From the NCBI GenBank assembly GCA_045807245.1, contig JBJMHS010000020.1:1662-65661 (forward strand): 64,000 nucleotides of DNA, read 5' to 3'. The notes below the pieces were generated by a model. It was given only the letters and a program-made list of their open reading frames with translations, was not told where the DNA came from and ran no database searches. This DNA comes from Actinomycetales bacterium (lineage in GTDB: Bacteria; Actinomycetota; Actinomycetes; Actinomycetales; CAVURS01). Within the stretch, counting starts at the first letter, position 1. Every line of letters starts with the position of its first letter. Shown piece by piece: positions 8,551-19,334 of the stretch. The position numbers and the translations under genes were made by a program.

Positions 8551-8621
8551 CCCACACCTTCGACGCACCTACCCCGACCCCACACCACCCACGACGGCGA
8601 ACGGCAAGGAGACGGACGGCG

Positions 8622-9596
8622 ATGACAGCGAACGGCGACGCTCGCGACCGGCATCAGCCGGTCATGCGTGAGCGGGTCACCGCGCTGCTCGCGCCTGCTC
8701 TGGCCGAGCCGGGGTCGGTCGTCGTCGACGCGACCCTGGGGATGGGCGGCCACGCGGAGGCGCTGCTGGATGCCTGCCCCGAGGCCCGCTTGGTGGGCCT
8801 GGACCGCGACCCCGGCGCGCTCGAGCTGGCCGGGCGCCGGCTGGAGCGGTTCGGCGACCGCCTGAGCCCGGTCCACGCGGTGTACGACGAGCTGCCCGAG
8901 GTGCTCGCCGAGCTCGGGATCGCCCGAGTGCAGGGCGTCCTCTTCGACCTCGGGGTCTCGTCATGGCAGCTCGACGAGGCCGATCGTGGTTTCGCCTACC
9001 GTCTGGATGCGCCGCTCGACATGCGCATGGACCCCACCACCGGGCCGACCGCCGCGGATGTCCTCAACGACTACTCGGTCGAGGAGCTCACCCGTGTCCT
9101 GCGGGACTTCGGCGAAGAGCGCTTTGCCCGGCGGATCGCGAATGCCGTTGTGCGGGAACGAGTTCAGGCTCCCTTCACGACATCCGCGCGGCTGGTCGAG
9201 CTGCTCCACAGTGCCATCCCGGCTGCCTCCGCGCGCACTGGCGGCCATCCGGCCAAGCGAACCTTCCAGGCGCTCCGGATAGAGGTGAACGGCGAGCTCG
9301 CCGCCTGGTCGTCGGCGCTGCCCGCGGCGGTCGACGCGTTGGCGGTCGGCGGCCGGATCGTCGTCCTGGCCTACCACTCGCTCGAGGACCGCATTGCCAA
9401 GCAGATCTTCGCCCGCGGCGCGCAGAGCAGTGCGCCGCAGGGCCTGCCGGTCGAGCTGCCCGACCACGCGCCGTACCTGAGGCTGCTCACGCGCGGTGCC
9501 GAGACGCCCGCGGCGGACGAGGTCGCGGAGAACTCGCGGGCAGCTTCGGCCCGGCTGCGCGCGGCCGAGCGGGTCCGCGAGGTGCGCGCCGCATGA
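8622..9596 (+). CDS. rsmH: 16S rRNA m4C1402 methyltransferase
   Basis: [46 protein letters not shown]. Confidence 0.97.
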   Translation: MTANGDARDRHQPVMRERVTALLAPALAEPGSVVVDATLGMGGHAEALLDACPEARLVGLDRDPGALELAGRRLERFGDRLSPVHAVYDELPEVLAELGIARVQGVLFDLGVSSWQLDEADRGFAYRLDAPLDMRMDPTTGPTAADVLNDYSVEELTRVLRDFGEERFARRIANAVVRERVQAPFTTSARLVELLHSAIPAASARTGGHPAKRTFQALRIEVNGELAAWSSALPAAVDALAVGGRIVVLAYHSLEDRIAKQIFARGAQSSAPQGLPVELPDHAPYLRLLTRGAETPAADEVAENSRAASARLRAAERVREVRAA

Positions 9597-10297
9597 GCCA
9601 GTCGCTTGCCACGTCCGCCGCCCGGGCCGCCCGAGCCGCGCGGGCCGGTGCGGTCGGGACCGCCGGTCCGCAGCCGTCCCGACGGGACCCCTCCACCGGT
9701 CGCCCTTCGGTCCGCCGGCCACCGCTGCGCGTGGTGCAAGCCCCGCCGACGGCCGGCTCGCCGCTGGGCTTCGCTCTGCTGTGCGCCGCCCTGCTCGGCG
9801 CGGGCCTGATCGCTCTGCTGCTGCTCAACACGGCCGTGGCGCAGGACTCCTTCGGGCTGCAGCGGCTGCAGGCAGGCTCGCAACAGCTGAGCGACCAGAA
9901 GCAGGCCCTGACCCAGAGCAACGACCTGGCGGCATCACCCGAGCAGCTCGCGCAGCGCGCCTGGGCGCTGGGCCTGGTGCCCGCCGGGACGTCGGCGTTC
10001 GTCGAGCTGCCTTCGGGCCGGATCGTGGGCGTGGCGAACCCGGCGGTGCGCGCGAAGCCACCTACCGTGATCCTTAGCACCACTCGCCCCACCGGCACCA
10101 CCAGCAACAGACCCGCCGCGCCGGCCATCCAGGCCGGTCCGGTCCTGGCACCGGCGAGCCCCGTGGCTCAGACCGCCGTGTCCGGCACCGCCCCGGGTCT
10201 GCCGCCCGCGGCCCCGGCGGCAGCGACCGGGCAGCAGGGCACGCAGGGCACCAACCGAGCAACGACGGCAACGACGACAACGACGACAACGAGGTGA
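9593..10297 (+). CDS. ftsL: FtsL-like cell division protein
   Basis: Single TM followed by a coiled coil ([11 protein letters not shown]); located between rsmH and ftsI; ATGA overlap. Confidence 0.75.
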   Translation: MSQSLATSAARAARAARAGAVGTAGPQPSRRDPSTGRPSVRRPPLRVVQAPPTAGSPLGFALLCAALLGAGLIALLLLNTAVAQDSFGLQRLQAGSQQLSDQKQALTQSNDLAASPEQLAQRAWALGLVPAGTSAFVELPSGRIVGVANPAVRAKPPTVILSTTRPTGTTSNRPAAPAIQAGPVLAPASPVAQTAVSGTAPGLPPAAPAAATGQQGTQGTNRATTATTTTTTTR

Positions 10298-12408
10298 AGC
10301 ACGTGACCCCGCCCCGCGACGCGAAGCGCCCGGGTCGTCCGGGGTCCCGGCAGGAGCCCGGGTCGGCGCCTCGCGCCGCGACGCGCGGGAGGGCCGCGGC
10401 TGGCCGGGGGAAACGGCTCGGGCCGGCGAAGGCCACCGCCACCAAGGCCGGCACCAAGGCCGGCGCCAAGGCCGGGACCAAGACAGCGGCCCGAGGTCGC
10501 AAGACCGCCTCCTCTACCGTTCGGCGTCGTCCCGCTCCGGCCCGCCGGACCGGTCGCACCCGCGCCACCGGCTCGGCCGGGAAGCCTCGCTCCGCGTCGC
10601 AGCGCAGCCGCAGGTTCCCGCGGCTGCCGGCCCGGATCGGCCACACGCCCCGACGGGTGCGGGCGATGCTGGTCGTCGCGTTCATCGTCCTGACCCTGTT
10701 CGCCGCGCAGCTGCTGCGGCTGCAGGGCATCGACGCGTCGGCGCTGGCGGTCAGCGCCCTGGGCAGCCGCACGGTCGAGGTCAAGCTCTTCCCGACGCGC
10801 GGTCAGATCCAGGACGCGGACGGACGCCCCCTGGCCTTCTCGGTCGACCGGCGCAACGTCACCGTCGACCAGACCCTCGTGCCGCTCTACGGCGTGCCGC
10901 GGGGCGCCATGGCCCAGCAGATCGCGGCCCTGGACCCGGCCACGACGGGCATCAACGGCGCAGCCGCCAAGCTCGCCCCGGTCCTGGGCGTGACGGTCGC
11001 GGACGTGAAGGCGAAGCTGACCGGCACCCGGCACTTCCGGTACGTCGCGAAGGGCATCCCGCCGGACGTCTGGGACCACGTGGCGTCGCTGAAGATCCCC
11101 GGCATCTTCAGCGAGCAGACGTCGCAGCGCGTCTACCCACAAGGCCCACTGGCCGCCGGTCTCGTCGGGTTCATGGGCACGGCCGGCCAGCCGCTCGGCG
11201 GCCTGGAGCTGTCGCTCAACGCATCCCTCTCGGGCAAGCTCGGCTCCATCCGCTACGAGAAGGACCCGCAAGGTTCGATCATCGGCACCGCACCGGTCGA
11301 CCAGACGAACGCCGTTGCCGGGCAGTCGGTCCGGCTCACCATCGACCAGGACCTGCAGTGGAAGGCCGAGACACTGCTCGCCGACCAGGTGCGCAAGACC
11401 AAGGCCCTGTCCGGCTCGGCGGTCGTGATGGACGTCAAGACGGGCAACGTGCTGGCCTTGGCCGCTGCGCCGACGTTCGACCCCTCGAACTACGGCAAGG
11501 CGGCCCCGAACACGCTGGTCGACCAGGCTCTGGCCGGCGTCTACGAGCCTGGCTCCACGAGCAAGGTCATGACCGCCTCGGCGGCGCTCGAGGAAGGCGT
11601 GGTCACTCCGGAGACACCGGTGACCGTGCCGGGCACCCTGCACCGGGCCGACCGGATCTTCCACGACGCCGAGAGCCACGGCACCGAGCACCTGACCTTC
11701 GCGGGCGTGCTGGCCAAGTCGAGCAACATCGGCACGATCGAGGTCGGCGAGCGCATCTCGCCGCAGACCATGTGGACGTACCTGACGAAGTTCGGCGTAG
11801 GGCAGCCCACCGGCCTGAACTTCCCCGGTGAGAGCTCGGGCATCCTGGCCGACTACAAGGACTGGAACGGCTCCCAGCGCTACACGGTGTTGTTCGGACA
11901 GGGTTTGTCGGTCAACGCGGTCCAGGCCGCCGGGGTGTTCCAGACCATCGCCAACGACGGCCTTCGGATGCCGCCGCGGCTCGTCGACGCCTATGTGTCC
12001 CCGTCCGGCCGGGTGACCGAGACCGACCCGAGCACCGGCGTACGCGTCATCTCACCCGCGGTCGCCAAGCAGGTTCGCACCATGCTCGAGGGCGTGGTGA
12101 GCAACGAGGGAACGGCTCCGGCGGCCAAGATCCCGGGCTACCGGGTCGCGGGCAAGACCGGTACGGCACAGCGGTTCGACCCCACCTGCGGCTGCTACCG
12201 GGGCTTCACGGCCTCGTTCATCGGCATGGCGCCGGCAGACAACCCACAGCTGATCGTCGCGATCACCCTGCAGCGGCCGGTGAAGGGGCACTTCGGCGGC
12301 AGCATCGCCGCTCCGGTCTTCCAGCAGATCATGAGCTACGCGCTGGCCCGGCTGGACATCCCCCCGACCGGCACCAAGTCCCCGAAGGTCCGGCTCACAC
12401 CCCGGTGA
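10294..12408 (+). CDS. ftsI: Class B penicillin-binding protein FtsI
   Basis: YEPGSTSK (SxxK), SSN and KTGTA motifs; long basic N-terminus. Confidence 0.93.
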   Translation: MKHVTPPRDAKRPGRPGSRQEPGSAPRAATRGRAAAGRGKRLGPAKATATKAGTKAGAKAGTKTAARGRKTASSTVRRRPAPARRTGRTRATGSAGKPRSASQRSRRFPRLPARIGHTPRRVRAMLVVAFIVLTLFAAQLLRLQGIDASALAVSALGSRTVEVKLFPTRGQIQDADGRPLAFSVDRRNVTVDQTLVPLYGVPRGAMAQQIAALDPATTGINGAAAKLAPVLGVTVADVKAKLTGTRHFRYVAKGIPPDVWDHVASLKIPGIFSEQTSQRVYPQGPLAAGLVGFMGTAGQPLGGLELSLNASLSGKLGSIRYEKDPQGSIIGTAPVDQTNAVAGQSVRLTIDQDLQWKAETLLADQVRKTKALSGSAVVMDVKTGNVLALAAAPTFDPSNYGKAAPNTLVDQALAGVYEPGSTSKVMTASAALEEGVVTPETPVTVPGTLHRADRIFHDAESHGTEHLTFAGVLAKSSNIGTIEVGERISPQTMWTYLTKFGVGQPTGLNFPGESSGILADYKDWNGSQRYTVLFGQGLSVNAVQAAGVFQTIANDGLRMPPRLVDAYVSPSGRVTETDPSTGVRVISPAVAKQVRTMLEGVVSNEGTAPAAKIPGYRVAGKTGTAQRFDPTCGCYRGFTASFIGMAPADNPQLIVAITLQRPVKGHFGGSIAAPVFQQIMSYALARLDIPPTGTKSPKVRLTPR

Positions 12409-12449
12409 GGGGTCACGGACCCTTCGTCTGCGGAAGGTAGCCTCCGAGC

Positions 12450-14030
12450 GTGCCGACACCCGGCGGTCTGCGACCTGCGCGAACCCCGGCCCTGCCGCTC
12501 CCGGTGGTGGCCCGGATCGCGGGTGCCGACCCCGCCGGACTGCCCGCCGTGCCGGTCACGGGGGTGACCCTGGACTCCCGTTCGGTCCGGCCCGGAGACC
12601 TGTACGCCGCCCTGCCGGGCTTCCACCGCCACGGCGCCGGCTTCAGCGCGGAGGCGGCCCGAGCCGGTGCGGTCGCCGTCCTGACCGACCCGCCCGGCGC
12701 CACCGCGTCCGCGGCAGCGGGCCTGCCGGTCGTCGTCGTCGTGGACCCGCGGGCCGTGCTCGGTGCGGTCGCGGCCCGGGTCTACGGCTCCCCGGCCGAC
12801 GACCTGCTGATGCTCGGCGTGACCGGTACCAACGGCAAGACCACCACGGCCTACCTGCTCGAGGCCGGGCTGCGAGCCGAGGGCCGCATGTCCGGGCTGA
12901 TCGGCACGGTCGAGACCCGGCTCGGTGACGACCGGCTGGACAGTGTCCGCACGACGCCGGAGGCGACCGAGCTGCAGGCACTGCTCGCTGTCATGCGCGA
13001 GCACGGCTGTGTCGCCTGCGCGATGGAGGTGTCCAGCCACGCCCTCGCGCTGCACCGCGTCGACGGCGTGGTCTATGACGTCGCCGGGTTCACGAACCTG
13101 TCACAGGACCACTTGGACTTCCACGCTGACGAGGAGGACTACTTCGCGGCCAAGGCCTCCTTGTTCACGCCCGAGCGGTCCCGCCGAGCCGTCGTCTGCG
13201 TCGACGACGAGTGGGGGAGACGCCTCGCCCGTCAGGCCGGCGTGCCCGTCGTCACGTTGCTCACGGCCGATGCCCGCTCTGCGGAAACCGTTGGGGGACA
13301 GGCCATCCCGACTGCAGAAGTGACTCCAGACTGGGTCGTCACCGAACGCCGTACGGTCCAGGACGGTGCGGCCACCGACTTCCTGCTCAGCGGCAGGGAC
13401 GGAGCGGCACTGTCGTTGCGCAGCCCGTTGCCCGGAGAGTTCAACGTGGCCAACACCGCGCTCGCGGCCCTGATGTTGCTGGAGGCCGGTCTCACGGTCG
13501 ACGGCCTGGCGGCGGGCCTGTCCCGGGCCGTCGTGCCGGGCCGGATGCAGCGCGTCCCGGGTCCGGCCGGTGGCCCGCTCGGCGTCGTCGACTACGCCCA
13601 CACCCCCGAGGCCGTGGCTGCGGCACTCCGCGCGCTACGACCCGGGACCGTCGGCCGGCTGGTCGTGGTGCTGGGTGCCGGTGGGGAGCGGGACGTCGCC
13701 AAGCGACCACTCATGGGGGCGGCAGCCGCGCGCGGTGCCGACGTCGTCATCGTCACCGACGACAACCCCCGCTCGGAGGACCCGGCGGCGATCCGCGCGC
13801 ACGTGCTGGCCGGCGCCGTGGACGCCGACACGGCTGCCGTCGTCGTCGAGGTCGGCGACCGGCGGGCGGCCGTGCAGCTGGCGCTGACCTACGCGACCGG
13901 ACCGCAGGACACGGTGCTGGTCGCCGGCAAGGGCCACGAGCGCGGGCAGGACGTCGGCGGCACGGTGCTGCCGTTCGACGACCGCGAGGTGCTGGCTGCC
14001 GCCCTGGACGGCCAGGCGGTGCGCCGATGA
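12450..14030 (+). CDS. murE: UDP-MurNAc-dipeptide:DAP ligase
   Basis: GVTGTNGKTT, MEVSSH, DYAHTP, DDNPR (DAP-type motif), GKGHE. Confidence 0.96.
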   Translation: MPTPGGLRPARTPALPLPVVARIAGADPAGLPAVPVTGVTLDSRSVRPGDLYAALPGFHRHGAGFSAEAARAGAVAVLTDPPGATASAAAGLPVVVVVDPRAVLGAVAARVYGSPADDLLMLGVTGTNGKTTTAYLLEAGLRAEGRMSGLIGTVETRLGDDRLDSVRTTPEATELQALLAVMREHGCVACAMEVSSHALALHRVDGVVYDVAGFTNLSQDHLDFHADEEDYFAAKASLFTPERSRRAVVCVDDEWGRRLARQAGVPVVTLLTADARSAETVGGQAIPTAEVTPDWVVTERRTVQDGAATDFLLSGRDGAALSLRSPLPGEFNVANTALAALMLLEAGLTVDGLAAGLSRAVVPGRMQRVPGPAGGPLGVVDYAHTPEAVAAALRALRPGTVGRLVVVLGAGGERDVAKRPLMGAAAARGADVVIVTDDNPRSEDPAAIRAHVLAGAVDADTAAVVVEVGDRRAAVQLALTYATGPQDTVLVAGKGHERGQDVGGTVLPFDDREVLAAALDGQAVRR

Positions 14031-15433
14031 TCCCGATGCGCCTGTCCGCCATCGCAGCGGCGACCGGAGGGACGCTGCACGGCGCCGCGGGTGACGCACC
14101 CGACGACGTCCTGGTGGACGGGCCCGTGGTCACCGACTCGAGGCGCTGCGGACCCGCTGGCCTGTACGTCGCGCGCATTGGCGAGCATGCGGACGGACAC
14201 GACTTCGTTCCTGACGCGGCCGGCCGAGGCGCGGTCGCTGCCCTGGCGGCTCACCCGGTGGACGAGCTGCCCAGCGTCGTCGTCGACGACGTCGACGCAG
14301 CGTTCGGCCGCCTGGCCCGCGCCGTCCTGGACGCTGTCCAGGACGTGACCGTCGTCGCGGTCACGGGCTCGTCGGGCAAGACGAGCACCAAGGACCTGCT
14401 GGCCCAGGTGCTGCCGGCGCTCGGCGCCACGGTCGCGGCCGAGGCGTCGTACAACTCGGAGATCGGCGTACCGCTCACGGTCGTGCGGGTTGACCCTGAC
14501 ACCCGATACCTCGTCGTCGAGATGGGCGCGCGTGGTCCCGGTCACCTCAGCCACCTCACAGGGATCGCACCGCCGGACATCTCCGTCGTCCTGAACGTCG
14601 GCACCGCGCACGTCGGGGAGTTCGGCTCGCGGGAGGCCGTAGCAAAGGCGAAAAGCGAGCTGGTGCAGGCACTTTCGCCATCGGGGCTGGCGGTGTTGAA
14701 CGCCGACGACCCTGCCGTCGCCGCCATGGCGGATCTCTCGCAGGCGCCGGTCGTGCTGGTCGGGCGCGGGCCACGCGCGCAGGTCCGGGCCGAACGCGTC
14801 GAGCTGCGCAGCGGAGCCAGGCCGGCCTTCGTTCTCGTGAGCGACCTCGCCGCCGCCCCTGGCCGCGCCCCGGTGCAGCTCGAGCTGCATGGCGAGCACC
14901 ACGTCGACAACGCACTGGCCGTCGCCGCGGTCTGCCTCAGCCTCGGGCTCCCGGTCATCGAGACCGCCGAACGGCTGAGCCGGGCCGGCCCGACCAGCCG
15001 GTGGCGGATGGAGGTGGTCGAGCGCCCGGACGGCGTGACGGTCGTCAACGACGCCTACAACGCGAACCCGGAGTCGATGCGGGCTGCCCTCCGGGCCTTG
15101 GTGGCCATGGCGCCCGGCCGTCGGACCTGGGCGGTCCTCGGTGAGATGCGCGAGCTCGGCCCCTCGTCGGCGCCCGAGCACGCCGCCCTGGCGGAGGTCG
15201 CCGCCCGGCTCGGCGTCTCGCGCCTGGTGGTGGTCGGCGAGGGTGCGCGGGCGGCGTACGACGCGGCGCTACTGTCGAGCACCTGGCAGGCACCTCCGAT
15301 GCTGGTGCCGGACACCGAGGCGGCCTACGAGGCCGTGTCGGCGGAGCTGGCCGAAGGGGATGTCGTGCTGCTGAAGTCGAGCCGGGACTCCGGCCTGCGC
15401 TTCCTCGGCGAGCGGCTGGCGGCGGGCGCGTGA
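14027..15433 (+). CDS. murF: UDP-MurNAc-tripeptide:D-Ala-D-Ala ligase
   Basis: [30 protein letters not shown]; ATGA overlap. Confidence 0.95.
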   Translation: MIPMRLSAIAAATGGTLHGAAGDAPDDVLVDGPVVTDSRRCGPAGLYVARIGEHADGHDFVPDAAGRGAVAALAAHPVDELPSVVVDDVDAAFGRLARAVLDAVQDVTVVAVTGSSGKTSTKDLLAQVLPALGATVAAEASYNSEIGVPLTVVRVDPDTRYLVVEMGARGPGHLSHLTGIAPPDISVVLNVGTAHVGEFGSREAVAKAKSELVQALSPSGLAVLNADDPAVAAMADLSQAPVVLVGRGPRAQVRAERVELRSGARPAFVLVSDLAAAPGRAPVQLELHGEHHVDNALAVAAVCLSLGLPVIETAERLSRAGPTSRWRMEVVERPDGVTVVNDAYNANPESMRAALRALVAMAPGRRTWAVLGEMRELGPSSAPEHAALAEVAARLGVSRLVVVGEGARAAYDAALLSSTWQAPPMLVPDTEAAYEAVSAELAEGDVVLLKSSRDSGLRFLGERLAAGA

Positions 15434-16509
15434 AGACCGTCATCGCCGCGGCGGCCATCGCGCTGATCGTCTCGCTCTTCGGCACCCCCCTGTTCATCCG
15501 GTGGCTGGTGAAGCACGGGTACGGCCAGTTCATCCGCGACGACGGCCCGACCTCGCACCACACGAAGCGCGGCACGCCCACGATGGGCGGCGCCATCATC
15601 ATCGGCGGCACGGTGTCGGCGTACGCGATCGCGCACATCGTGACCGTGCGCGGCGTGACGATGAGCGGCGTACTGGTCCTGTTCCTGATGACCGGGCTCG
15701 GCCTGGTCGGCTTCCTCGACGACTACCTCAAGATCTCGCGGCAGCGCAGCCTCGGTCTCGGCGCCGGTGCCAAGCTGGCCGGCCAGTCCGCGGTCGCCAT
15801 CGCATTCGCGATCCTCGCCCTGCAGTTCCCGAACGGCAGCTACCGGCGGCCCGCCTCGACCCAGGTCTCGTTCATCCGGGACACGACCTTCGACCTGGCC
15901 TTCGCCGGCCCCGCGCTCGGCCTGCTGCTGTTCGTCGTCTGGGCCCAGCTGATGATCTCGGGCTGGAGCAACGGCGTGAACCTCACCGACGGGCTCGACG
16001 GTCTGGCCACGGGCACGTCGGTGATGGTGTTCGCGGCGTACGTGCTGATCGGCACCTGGCAGTCGAACCAGAACTGCCAGGTCGACGCGACGCTCAAGTG
16101 CTACGAGGTGCGCGACCCGCGCGACCTCGCGGTGGTCGCGGCCGCCGTCATGGGAGCCTGCTTCGGGTTCCTGTGGTGGAACGCCTCGCCGGCGAAGATC
16201 TTCATGGGGGACACCGGCTCACTGGCACTGGGTGGCGCCCTGGCCGGGCTCTCGATCACGACCCACACCGAGCTGCTGCTCATCATCCTGGGCGGGCTGT
16301 TCGCCCTCATCACGGCGTCCGTGATCATCCAGGTCGGGTCGTTCAAGCTCACCGGCCGCCGCGTGTTCCGGATGGCACCGTTGCAGCATCACTTCGAGCT
16401 GGCCGGCTGGGACGAGATCACCATCGTCGTGCGGTTCTGGATCATCGCCGGGCTCTTCGTCGCCCTCGGCCTCGGCATCTTCTACGGAGAGTGGGTCGTC
16501 GGGTCGTAA
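15430..16509 (+). CDS. mraY: Phospho-MurNAc-pentapeptide transferase
   Basis: [34 protein letters not shown]. Confidence 0.97.
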   Translation: MKTVIAAAAIALIVSLFGTPLFIRWLVKHGYGQFIRDDGPTSHHTKRGTPTMGGAIIIGGTVSAYAIAHIVTVRGVTMSGVLVLFLMTGLGLVGFLDDYLKISRQRSLGLGAGAKLAGQSAVAIAFAILALQFPNGSYRRPASTQVSFIRDTTFDLAFAGPALGLLLFVVWAQLMISGWSNGVNLTDGLDGLATGTSVMVFAAYVLIGTWQSNQNCQVDATLKCYEVRDPRDLAVVAAAVMGACFGFLWWNASPAKIFMGDTGSLALGGALAGLSITTHTELLLIILGGLFALITASVIIQVGSFKLTGRRVFRMAPLQHHFELAGWDEITIVVRFWIIAGLFVALGLGIFYGEWVVGS

Positions 16510-16518
16510 CCGACGCTC

Positions 16519-17997
16519 ATGATGGACCTCACCCCGCTCACGCATCGCGACGCCGCCTGGGGCGCCCTGCGCGTCCTCGTGGCCGGGATCGGCGTCAGCG
16601 GGTTCGCGGCTGCTGACGCCCTGCTCGAGCGAGGAGCCCGCGTCGTCGTCACCGATGCGCGCGAGGGGACCGGAGAGCGAGAGCGGGCCCAGGTCCTCAC
16701 CATCCTCGGCGCGGACGTGCGGCTCGGCGCGGAGCCCGACCCCGCGCTGCTCGACGGCCTGGACCTGGTCGTCACTTCGCCGGGCTGGCGCCCGGAACAC
16801 CCGGTCCTCGCTGGGGCGGCGAGGTCCGGGATCCCGGTGTGGGGCGAGGTCGAGCTGGCCTGGCGGATGCGGCCGGGCGAGGGCGCGGCGCCCTGGCTGA
16901 CGGTGACGGGGACCAACGGCAAGACGACGACCGTCCAGATGCTCGAGGCCATCCTGCGAGCCGAGGGACTGCGCGCGGTGGCCGCCGGCAACGTCGGGCT
17001 GCCGCTGCTCGAGGCGGTCCTGCATCCGGACCCGTACGACGTCATCGCCGTCGAGCTGTCCAGCTTCCAGCTGCACTGGTCGGAGTCGATCAGCGCGCAG
17101 GCCAGCGCCTGCCTCAACGTCGCGCCGGACCACGTCGACTGGCACGGCTCACTCGACGCCTACACGCGCAACAAGGGGCAGGTGTACGAGCAGACCCGGA
17201 TCGCCTGCGTGTACAACGTGGCGGACCCGGTCACCGAACAGCTGGTCCGCGAGGCCGATGTCGTCGAGGGCTGCCGCGCCATCGGCTTCACGCTGGGGAC
17301 TCCGGCCGTCGGCATGCTCGGCGTCGTTGACGACATCTTGTGCGACCGCGCCTTCGTCGAGGAGCGCCGGACCTCGGCGGCCGAGCTGGCGACGCTGGCC
17401 GACCTGTCCGGTCCGGCCTCGACCGCGCCGCCGGCCCACACCGTCGCGAACGCGCTCGCCGCCGCCGCGCTCGCCCGCGCGCACGGCGTCTCTCCGCGAG
17501 CCGTCCGGGACGGCCTGCGCGGGTTCACGCCCGGCGCCCACCGCATCGCTCTCGTCGGCGAGGCCGCCGGGGTGCGCTACGTCGACGACTCCAAGGCCAC
17601 GAACCCGCACGCCGCGGCGGCGTCCCTGGCGGCGTTCGACTCCGTGGTGTGGGTCGCCGGCGGTCTGCTCAAGGGCGCGGAGGTCGACGACCTCGTGCGC
17701 GACCACGCCCGGCGCCTGCGGGCCGTCGTCCTGCTCGGCCAGGACCGGGCGGTCATCGCGCGTGCCCTCGCGCGACACGCGCCCGATGTCCCCGTCGTCG
17801 ACGTGACCAGCACCGACACTGACGTGATGGACCGCGTCGTACGGGCAGCGGCCGGGCTCGCGCGCCCGGGTGACGTCGTGCTGCTCGCACCGGCCGCGGC
17901 TTCGATGGACCTGTTCCGCGACTACGGCGCGCGCGGTGACGCCTTCGCGGACGCCGTACGACGGGTAGCGCAGCAGCCGGGGCAGGCGGACGGGTGA
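16519..17997 (+). CDS. murD: UDP-MurNAc-L-Ala:D-Glu ligase
   Basis: TGTNGKTTT, GNVG, ELSSFQL, DDSKATN. Confidence 0.96.
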   Translation: MMDLTPLTHRDAAWGALRVLVAGIGVSGFAAADALLERGARVVVTDAREGTGERERAQVLTILGADVRLGAEPDPALLDGLDLVVTSPGWRPEHPVLAGAARSGIPVWGEVELAWRMRPGEGAAPWLTVTGTNGKTTTVQMLEAILRAEGLRAVAAGNVGLPLLEAVLHPDPYDVIAVELSSFQLHWSESISAQASACLNVAPDHVDWHGSLDAYTRNKGQVYEQTRIACVYNVADPVTEQLVREADVVEGCRAIGFTLGTPAVGMLGVVDDILCDRAFVEERRTSAAELATLADLSGPASTAPPAHTVANALAAAALARAHGVSPRAVRDGLRGFTPGAHRIALVGEAAGVRYVDDSKATNPHAAAASLAAFDSVVWVAGGLLKGAEVDDLVRDHARRLRAVVLLGQDRAVIARALARHAPDVPVVDVTSTDTDVMDRVVRAAAGLARPGDVVLLAPAAASMDLFRDYGARGDAFADAVRRVAQQPGQADG

Positions 17998-19334
17998 GCT
18001 CGCAGACCACGACCGGCCGTCCGGCGGCGCCCGGCCGGGGGCGCACGCCGCCTGGCCCGCGGGCTCAAGGCCGGCTCAAGGCCCAGGTGCCGGGACTGGC
18101 CCGGCTGGACTCGCCGCTGACGACGTACTACGCGCTGCTGGGAGCGACCCTCCTGCTGCTGGTCATCGGGCTGGTGATGGTGCTGTCCGCGTCGTCGGTC
18201 ACGTCGTACCGGCAGACCGGCTCGTCGTTCACGGTGTTCAAGAGCCAGCTGGTGTTCGCGGTGGCCGGCCTGGTGCCGATGTTCGTCGCTTCGCGCACCC
18301 CCATCCGGTTCTGGCAGCGGTTCGCCTGGCCGGCCGTCCTGCTCGCGATCGTCCTGCAGGGCATGGTGTTCAGCCCGCTCGGCGTCAGCGTCTACGGCAA
18401 CCGCAACTGGATCGCGTTCGCGGGCCAGCGGCTCCAGCCGTCGGAGGTCGCCAAGATCGCGCTGATCGTGTGGGGGTCGACGGTCCTGTGCCGCAAGCGT
18501 TCCTCGCTCGACAGCTGGTCGCACGTGATGATCCCCGTCGTCCTGCCGGTCGGCCTCATCGTGGTCGGGCTCGTCCTGGCCGGCCGCGACCTGGGCACCG
18601 GCCTGGTCCTGCTCCTGGTCCTCGCCGCCCTGCTGTTCGCGGCCGGAGCGCCTGCGCGCATGTTCCTGGCCGCCGCCGCCGGTATGGCCCTGCTCGCCGG
18701 CGTCCTGGCCACCACCTCGGCGAACCGGATGGCCCGTATCGACGCCTGGCTCAAGGGCACCTGCTCGGACCAGCTCGGCACGTGCTTCCAGTCCATCCAC
18801 GGCAGGTACGCGCTCGCCGACGGCGGCTGGTGGGGCGTCGGGCTCGGGGCCAGCCGCGAGAAGTGGTCCTGGCTGCCCGAAGCCCACAACGACTTCATCT
18901 TCGCGATCATCGGCGAGGAGCTCGGCCTGGTCGGGGCGCTTGTCGTGCTCGCCCTGTTCGGCGTCCTGGCCTGGGCGTGCTACCGGCTGGTGGTCCGCAG
19001 TGACGACCCCTTCGTCCGCGTCGCCACCGCCGGTGTGATGGCCTGGGTCGTCGGTCAGGCGCTGATCAACATCGGGGCGGTCATCGGCATGCTGCCGGTC
19101 ATCGGCGTGCCGCTGCCGCTGGTGTCGAGCGGTGGCACGGCCTTGCTGACGACGATGTTCGCGCTGGGCATGTTGCTGTCGTTCGCCCGGCAGGAGCCCG
19201 ACTGCCGGGCTGCCCTGGCCGACCGGCCTTCGCTGTTGCGCCGGTCCCTGGCTGTGGTCCCGAGCTTGCGCCGGGCCCCTGAGCCCGACCCGTCCGGTCA
19301 CGAAGCCGCGGCCGGGCGCGGACCGGCCCGATGA
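17994..19334 (+). CDS. ftsW: SEDS peptidoglycan polymerase FtsW
   Basis: QPSEVAK, DLGT, LPEAHNDFIFAIIGEELG, GVPLPLVSSGG. Confidence 0.95.
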   Translation: MSSQTTTGRPAAPGRGRTPPGPRAQGRLKAQVPGLARLDSPLTTYYALLGATLLLLVIGLVMVLSASSVTSYRQTGSSFTVFKSQLVFAVAGLVPMFVASRTPIRFWQRFAWPAVLLAIVLQGMVFSPLGVSVYGNRNWIAFAGQRLQPSEVAKIALIVWGSTVLCRKRSSLDSWSHVMIPVVLPVGLIVVGLVLAGRDLGTGLVLLLVLAALLFAAGAPARMFLAAAAGMALLAGVLATTSANRMARIDAWLKGTCSDQLGTCFQSIHGRYALADGGWWGVGLGASREKWSWLPEAHNDFIFAIIGEELGLVGALVVLALFGVLAWACYRLVVRSDDPFVRVATAGVMAWVVGQALINIGAVIGMLPVIGVPLPLVSSGGTALLTTMFALGMLLSFARQEPDCRAALADRPSLLRRSLAVVPSLRRAPEPDPSGHEAAAGRGPAR

